Source of the DNA: an uncultured bacterium
GTDB lineage: Bacteria; Patescibacteriota; Minisyncoccia; Phycocordibacterales; CAIZLB01
DNA: 64,000 nucleotides
NCBI GenBank assembly: GCA_903936565.1
Contig: CAIZVZ010000019.1
Span: 3,559-67,558 of the forward strand
Direction of reading: 5' to 3'
Shown: positions 59,070 through 64,000 of the stretch, in pieces
Layout of the letters: the number at the start of each line of letters is the position of its first letter
Position numbering within the stretch: the first letter of the stretch is position 1
Translations under genes and position numbers: made by a program
The notes under the pieces: model-generated
What the model saw: the letters and a program-made list of their open reading frames with translations, nothing else
What the model was told of the DNA's origin: nothing
Databases searched by the model: none

Positions 59070-59423
59070 ATGGCAACAAAAGAAGCACATAAAAAGAAAA
59101 CTGCAAAAGAAGATAGCGTATCAAGATTACGTATTCGTGTTCGCGCATACGAGTCAAAGATCATTGATGCATCCATTAAACAAATTATGGATACAGCTCT
59201 AAGATTTGATGCTACTATCGTAGGTCCTATTCCTCTTCCAACAGAAATCAAGAAGTATACAGTAAATCGTTCATCGTTTATTTTCAAAAATTCACGTGAG
59301 CAATTTGAGATGAGAATACACAAGCGTTTGATTGATATAATCAATCCAAATGCAAAGGTAATTGAAGCTCTAACTAACTTGAGTCTGCCATCAGGAGTGA
59401 ATATTGACGTAAAAATGATGTAG
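59070..59423 (+). CDS. rpsJ: 30S ribosomal protein S10
   Basis: GPIPLPT, SREQFEMRIHKRLID. Confidence 0.97.
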   Translation: MATKEAHKKKTAKEDSVSRLRIRVRAYESKIIDASIKQIMDTALRFDATIVGPIPLPTEIKKYTVNRSSFIFKNSREQFEMRIHKRLIDIINPNAKVIEALTNLSLPSGVNIDVKMM

Positions 59424-59457
59424 TTAAACTTTCTTCAGTGAATTCCTAAAAACTACC

Positions 59458-60057
59458 ATGAAATTTATTCTCGGAACAAAACAGAATATGACCCAGCTTT
59501 TCGACGAAGAAGGCAGAGTTCATCCTGTGACAGTTCTTAAAACCTCTCCGATGGTTGTAACGCAAGTTAAGACCGAAGGTAAAGATGGTTACGATGCTGT
59601 TCAAGTTGGATTTGGGACAAGAAGTCCTCGTCGTATAAACAAGGCACAAAAAGGGCAAATGAAAGATCTCGGCAGTTTCCAATATCTAAGAGAAATTTCT
59701 GGTGTAAAGGACTCATCAATTGGTGAGAACATTAATCCAGAACTTGCTCCTGGGGAAAAAGTGGAGGTGTCAGCTATTTCAAAATCAAAAGGATTTCAGG
59801 GTGTTGTAAAACGCCATGGATTTCACGGTGGACCACGTTCTCACGGTCAAAAGCACAGTGAGCGCGAGCCAGGTTCTATTGGCGCCGGCGGATACCAACG
59901 TGTATTTAAAGGTACACGTATGGCAGGACGTATGGGTGGCGATAGAGTAACCGTTAAGAATCTAACTGTTATTTCTTACGATAAAACAACAGGGGAATTA
60001 TGCATCAGGGGTGCAATCCCAGGTCGAAGAGGCACATTAGTAGAAGTGCGCGCCTAG
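59458..60057 (+). CDS. rplC: 50S ribosomal protein L3
   Basis: DGYDAVQ, KGFQGVVKRH, PGSIG, MAGRMG. Confidence 0.97.
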   Translation: MKFILGTKQNMTQLFDEEGRVHPVTVLKTSPMVVTQVKTEGKDGYDAVQVGFGTRSPRRINKAQKGQMKDLGSFQYLREISGVKDSSIGENINPELAPGEKVEVSAISKSKGFQGVVKRHGFHGGPRSHGQKHSEREPGSIGAGGYQRVFKGTRMAGRMGGDRVTVKNLTVISYDKTTGELCIRGAIPGRRGTLVEVRA

Positions 60058-60087
60058 CACAATTATCTTAAACCTTAAATTAAATTT

Positions 60088-60840
60088 ATGGCACAGACAA
60101 AATCTAAAAGAGCAGCAAGTAAAGTCGAAAAGACTCCAAAAATTGCTAAGACAAAGAAGGAAAAAGTAGAAGTTTCTCTAGAAGGAACAATATACGATGT
60201 GGGAGGTAATAGTGCAGGCACAGTAGCTCTTCCAAAAGAAATCTTCGGAATTCCTTGGAATGGTGATCTTGTTGCACAAGTTGTAAACTCGATACAGTCA
60301 TCTGCAAGACAACCAGTTGCACACACAAAAGATAGATCAGAAGTTGCCGGTGGTGGTAAAAAGCCATGGAAGCAAAAGGGAACAGGACGTGCTCGTCACG
60401 GTTCATCTCGTTCTCCTATCTGGGTAGGTGGAGGTGTTGCTCACGGACCTCGTAACGAGAAAGATTACGACAGAAAGGTAAACAAGAAAATGAAAGCTAA
60501 GGCACTATTTACAATTCTTTCCGCAAAGTGGAGAGATGGTGAAATCCTCTTCGTAAAAAATCTTGAACTAGTTGAACCTAAAACAAAGCTAGCAATAGCT
60601 ATGATCGATAGACTCTCAAAGGTTACAGGCTTTGATAAGTTGGCAACAAAGCATAAGAATGCTGCTCTTATCACAGTTCCTGCACTTGAAGAGAATGTAA
60701 AGAGAGGTTTCTCAAACCTAAAGAGTTTTGAGGTTTCAGAACTTCGAAATATTAATCCAATTGCGCTTCTTCAATATAAGTACTTGGTCATTGCTTCACC
60801 TGAAGATGCGTTTGTTACTCTTACTTCAAAAATAAAGTAA
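60088..60840 (+). CDS. rplD: 50S ribosomal protein L4
   Basis: KKPWKQKGTGRARHGS.RSP.W.GGG. Confidence 0.97.
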   Translation: MAQTKSKRAASKVEKTPKIAKTKKEKVEVSLEGTIYDVGGNSAGTVALPKEIFGIPWNGDLVAQVVNSIQSSARQPVAHTKDRSEVAGGGKKPWKQKGTGRARHGSSRSPIWVGGGVAHGPRNEKDYDRKVNKKMKAKALFTILSAKWRDGEILFVKNLELVEPKTKLAIAMIDRLSKVTGFDKLATKHKNAALITVPALEENVKRGFSNLKSFEVSELRNINPIALLQYKYLVIASPEDAFVTLTSKIK

Positions 60841-60859
60841 CCAACATAATATCAAACAT

Positions 60860-61156
60860 ATGACAAAGATATCAATAAAGAAGCATCAATTGGAAGTTAT
60901 AAAGAGCCCTCGTATTACTGAGAAGGCAACTGTAAAGGCTGGTGAAAACCAATACGTCTTTGAAGTTACTGACAGATCTACAAAGGCATCTATCGCAAAG
61001 TCTATTGAGGCACTATACAAGGTAAAGCCTGTAAAGGTTAACATTGTGAACATTCCTGCAAAAACAGTGTTTGTTCGTGGAAAGGTCGGCAAGAAAAGCG
61101 CTATTAAGAAAGCTTATGTTTTCTTAAAGAAAGGCGACAAGATCGACTTAGCATAA
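60860..61156 (+). CDS. rplW: 50S ribosomal protein L23
   Basis: PRITEKA, KVN, KKAYVFL. Confidence 0.96.
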   Translation: MTKISIKKHQLEVIKSPRITEKATVKAGENQYVFEVTDRSTKASIAKSIEALYKVKPVKVNIVNIPAKTVFVRGKVGKKSAIKKAYVFLKKGDKIDLA

Positions 61157-61186
61157 TCAGCGTGATACGCAAAGTAAAATAAATAT

Positions 61187-62029
61187 ATGAAAAGATTTAA
61201 ACCAACAAGCCCCTCACGCCGAAACATGGCTATAGTCAACTATGCCCAGATTCTTACTACTGACGAGCCATATAAGCCCCTTACAAACGGGTTTAAGCGT
61301 GGATCAGGACGTAATAACACTGGACGTATTACAACTAGACACAAGGGAGGAGGTCACAAGAGACTTTATCGTCAAATTGACTTCAAGTATGACAAAAGAG
61401 ATATTCCTGCAAAGATAGATACAATTGAATACGATCCAAACCGTACATCATTTATTTCTCTCGTAACTTATGCCGATGGAGAAAAGCGTTATGTTATTCT
61501 TCCAAAGACATTAAAGGTTGGAGATAAATTTATAGTAGGTGAGAAGGTTGAGGTAAAGGCAGGTAACAGACTTCCATTAAAGAACATTCCTGTTGGAACA
61601 TTCATTTACAACATCGAATTGAAATTTGAAGGAGGTTCAAAACTTGTTCGTTCAGCTGGATCTTTTGCTGAAGTGATTGCTCATGACGGGGGCTATGCTC
61701 TTGTTAAGATGCCATCAACTGAAGTTAGAAAGGTTATAGAAACAGCATGGGCGTCAATCGGAGAAGTATCAAATGATGAGAATCGTTTGCAAAATATTGG
61801 AAAGGCTGGAGCAAGTAGACACCGTGGTATCAGACCAACTGTCCGTGGTACTGCTATGAACCCAGTTGATCACCCACACGGAGGAGGAGAAGGTAGACAA
61901 GGAAGAGGACGCAGACGCGCAATTTCTATCTACGGAAAGCCAACCGGAAAGGGACAAAAATCAAGACGCGCAAAGAAGTATTCAAACAAACATATTGTTT
62001 CAAGAAGAAAGGTTGGAAAGAGAAGATAA
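61187..62029 (+). CDS. rplB: 50S ribosomal protein L2
   Basis: GRNNTGRIT, EYDPNR, MNPVDHPHGGGEG. Confidence 0.98.
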   Translation: MKRFKPTSPSRRNMAIVNYAQILTTDEPYKPLTNGFKRGSGRNNTGRITTRHKGGGHKRLYRQIDFKYDKRDIPAKIDTIEYDPNRTSFISLVTYADGEKRYVILPKTLKVGDKFIVGEKVEVKAGNRLPLKNIPVGTFIYNIELKFEGGSKLVRSAGSFAEVIAHDGGYALVKMPSTEVRKVIETAWASIGEVSNDENRLQNIGKAGASRHRGIRPTVRGTAMNPVDHPHGGGEGRQGRGRRRAISIYGKPTGKGQKSRRAKKYSNKHIVSRRKVGKRR

Positions 62030-62056
62030 TTCTTTTATCGGCCAGCAAGTCTTATA

Positions 62057-62087
62057 TACAAAACCCCGCAGAAATACGGGGTTTTGT
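62057..62087 (+). terminator. Intrinsic terminator after rplB
   Basis: acaaaacccc-gcagaaatac-ggggttttgt. Confidence 0.7.
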
Positions 62088-62135
62088 GTTGCCTTTACAT
62101 TTTGATATCTTTGTGACAATATTTCGGTAGACCCC

Positions 62136-62345
62136 ATGATTACAATACATGTAAAAATAGCTGGCTGGTACAAGAAGAAAAAGAGAACCTTTGATTTTAC
62201 CTGCGCGATTGAGCCTGTAGAGGATTTGTCGGCATGTATGCAAGAGTATATTGAAAAGGAACAAGCTCTCGCTATCTTCAAAAAAACTCACCCCAAACTC
62301 CATGACGCCTTTGTGTATTGGGGGATGCGAGTACCAACCAAATAA
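62136..62345 (+). CDS. Small hypothetical protein
   Basis: 69 aa ORF flanked by terminator-like hairpins. Confidence 0.45.
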   Translation: MITIHVKIAGWYKKKKRTFDFTCAIEPVEDLSACMQEYIEKEQALAIFKKTHPKLHDAFVYWGMRVPTK

Positions 62346-62409
62346 TGATTTTGTGGTTTTGAACGCTAAACCATAGCAAGTCCCCCTCGAAAGATGGGGG
62401 ACCTTGTCT

Positions 62410-63159
62410 TTACACCTCTCCTGCCGATTGCCAAATTATTTCAAACTGTTCTTCTTGTAATTGTATTATTCCAGGATTTTCTATGACGATAGTAAGAATA
62501 GGCGAGACCATTTGAGTAATAATGACTTTATCTTTTAATATAACTAGGTTACTAATAAGATCCACATCCTTTGGTAAATATCTAATGTCCCAATTGATTC
62601 TCTTTCCATATTCTTTGTATTTCTCGGCCTCAGGTGTTCTTTGGAGTAGGGTTCGGAGAGACAGGTGTAGGTGACTTCTTTTCTCCACCCAATCCTCAAA
62701 GAAATCTTTATCAATTTTCATAAACTTTTCAATATCAGATATAATCAGGTATTTATCTCCATATCTCAAATCCTTTAACATATCAGTGTAGACCTTTTTA
62801 AAACCGGATACCCCTTCGTAATATTTAATAAAATTGAGACCAGTGTGTATTTGGTATTTACTTGATAGCTCGGGGATAATTTTTGATAGGTTATCTTTCT
62901 TTAGCTCGTAAGTCTTCATTAGATTCTCTGGATTGGAGGCAACAAAGAGCTTTTTTAGACCATTAATTTCAATGCTGATTAGCCCCTTAATTTTAAGTGC
63001 CTCTATTACGGAGTAGGCGGTGGTCCTTATGACCCCCGCTTCTTTAGCGATATTTATGGCTGTTGCGGGCCCGAGGCTTAAATTAGCAAGGTATATTTTA
63101 GCTTCATTTTCTGTCAGCCCAATATCTTTGATTATCTCTACGGTTCTGTTGGTTAGCAT
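62410..63159 (-). CDS. TrmB-family regulator (R8)
   Basis: IGLTENEAKIYLANLSLG...GVIRTTAYSVI; IKYYEG; FEIIW. Confidence 0.88.
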   Translation of the reverse strand: MLTNRTVEIIKDIGLTENEAKIYLANLSLGPATAINIAKEAGVIRTTAYSVIEALKIKGLISIEINGLKKLFVASNPENLMKTYELKKDNLSKIIPELSSKYQIHTGLNFIKYYEGVSGFKKVYTDMLKDLRYGDKYLIISDIEKFMKIDKDFFEDWVEKRSHLHLSLRTLLQRTPEAEKYKEYGKRINWDIRYLPKDVDLISNLVILKDKVIITQMVSPILTIVIENPGIIQLQEEQFEIIWQSAGEV

Positions 63160-63256
63160 GTTTGTTTAATGGTTATATTGATTGTATTAAAATGTCGATT
63201 ACTTCGTCGTCTAAATATACTATATGTTGCTTATATAATATAGCATTTATACATAC

Positions 63257-63297
63257 ATGTCGACAAAACAGACATAAGTAATCTTTAGAACTATAAT
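63257..63297 (+). promoter_or_regulatory. SBP8 promoter with overlapping ATGTC-N9-GACAT operator
   Basis: atgtc-gacaaaaca-gacat (63257-63275) overlaps CAGACA(63269)-17-TATAAT(63292). Confidence 0.6.
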
Positions 63298-63328
63298 TAC
63301 GACACATTAATAATAAAAAGCAAATTAT

Positions 63329-64000
63329 ATGAAAAATAATTATAAGAAGATAGTATTTATGTCAGTTGTATTTATAGCCTTAATATTGGCCGTAGTTTTG
63401 GGTACATCGGGTCAATTTGGCAATAAGGATTTAACAATTACTGCAATGTTCCCTATGACCGGCGGACTGTCATCTTATGGGGACTCTGCATCTAGGGCTT
63501 CAATCCTGGCTGTGGAAGAAATTAATGCAAGCGGCGGAATTAACGGCAAGACCTTGAAGTTAAATCTTCAAGATCATAAATGTGACACCAAGGAGGCTGT
63601 TGCAATATACAAGCAGTTCAAGTCTAAAACTAATGTGTTCACATCTGCGGCTTGTAGTGGTACAGCGCTTGCGATAGCTCCGATGCTTGAAAATGACGGA
63701 TCTGTCCTATTGGGTTCAACACTTTCTACGCCTAAGATAAGTGGTGTATCTAAAAACCTATTTAGAAATTGGTCCTCAGATGCAAAGGAAGCAGAATTGT
63801 TTGCAGGTCTACTGAAGGGTATAGATTATAAAAAGATTGGAATAATCTATGAAGAAACAGACTATGCGAAGGGGCTAAAGGATTCTTTAGAAAAGAACAT
63901 TTTAGCCAGCTCTACAGCGACACTACCTGGTCCAAAGCAAGTTTATTCTGAGGGGTTTGTTAGTGGATCAATGGATGTCCGAAGTCAATTGCTTAAACTT
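63329..64000 (+). CDS. LivJ-like solute-binding protein, TM-anchored (SBP8, runs off window)
   Basis: Manual translation: MKNNYKKIVFMSVVFIALILAVVLG...MFPMTGG...AVEEINASGGINGK...DHKCD...SAACSG. Confidence 0.88.
   Translation, partial: MKNNYKKIVFMSVVFIALILAVVLGTSGQFGNKDLTITAMFPMTGGLSSYGDSASRASILAVEEINASGGINGKTLKLNLQDHKCDTKEAVAIYKQFKSKTNVFTSAACSGTALAIAPMLENDGSVLLGSTLSTPKISGVSKNLFRNWSSDAKEAELFAGLLKGIDYKKIGIIYEETDYAKGLKDSLEKNILASSTATLPGPKQVYSEGFVSGSMDVRSQLLKL

Noticed and set aside
1-64000. CRISPR array, rRNA, IS transposase, or UGA recoding
   Set aside because: No repeat-spacer array, rRNA or transposase motifs seen; long intact ORFs under code 11, with TGA used as a stop (e.g. 41262, 50537)

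Overview
Chromosomal window (standard genetic code, AT-rich) that looks like a Patescibacteria/CPR bacterium of Parcubacteria type. This is inferred from the gene set and protein styles: split ComEC, type IV pilus cluster, FKBP-less trigger factor, many TrmB-like regulators. Housekeeping content includes comM, rpsO, a Xer recombinase, xth, a CCA-adding enzyme, four CCA-less tRNAs, HU, rny, clpP, rsmE, tig, ppa, nusA, a pilB/pilC/pilin cluster, tpiA, pgk, recJ, rnhA, comEC (two genes), sod, rpmB and the str/S10 ribosomal cluster. The main finding is a repeated two-gene module: a membrane-anchored LivJ-like (type I periplasmic-binding fold) solute-binding protein paired with a TrmB-like winged-helix regulator. 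It occurs 8 times: six divergent pairs packed into 18949-31402, one convergent pair at 13212-15187, and one divergent pair inside the S10 cluster at 62410-64000. No cognate ABC permease or ATPase lies nearby, and a GTC-N9-GAC palindrome recurs at several of the promoters. The second finding is the 6.4-10.1 kb zone. It holds DnaA boxes, parS-like 16-mers (including a perfect 44-bp palindrome), an unexplained TGTCCTTTA motif in 11-bp tandem pairs, and a promoter-to-terminator unit of about 370 nt with no long ORF. All calls are by eye; no database searches were run.
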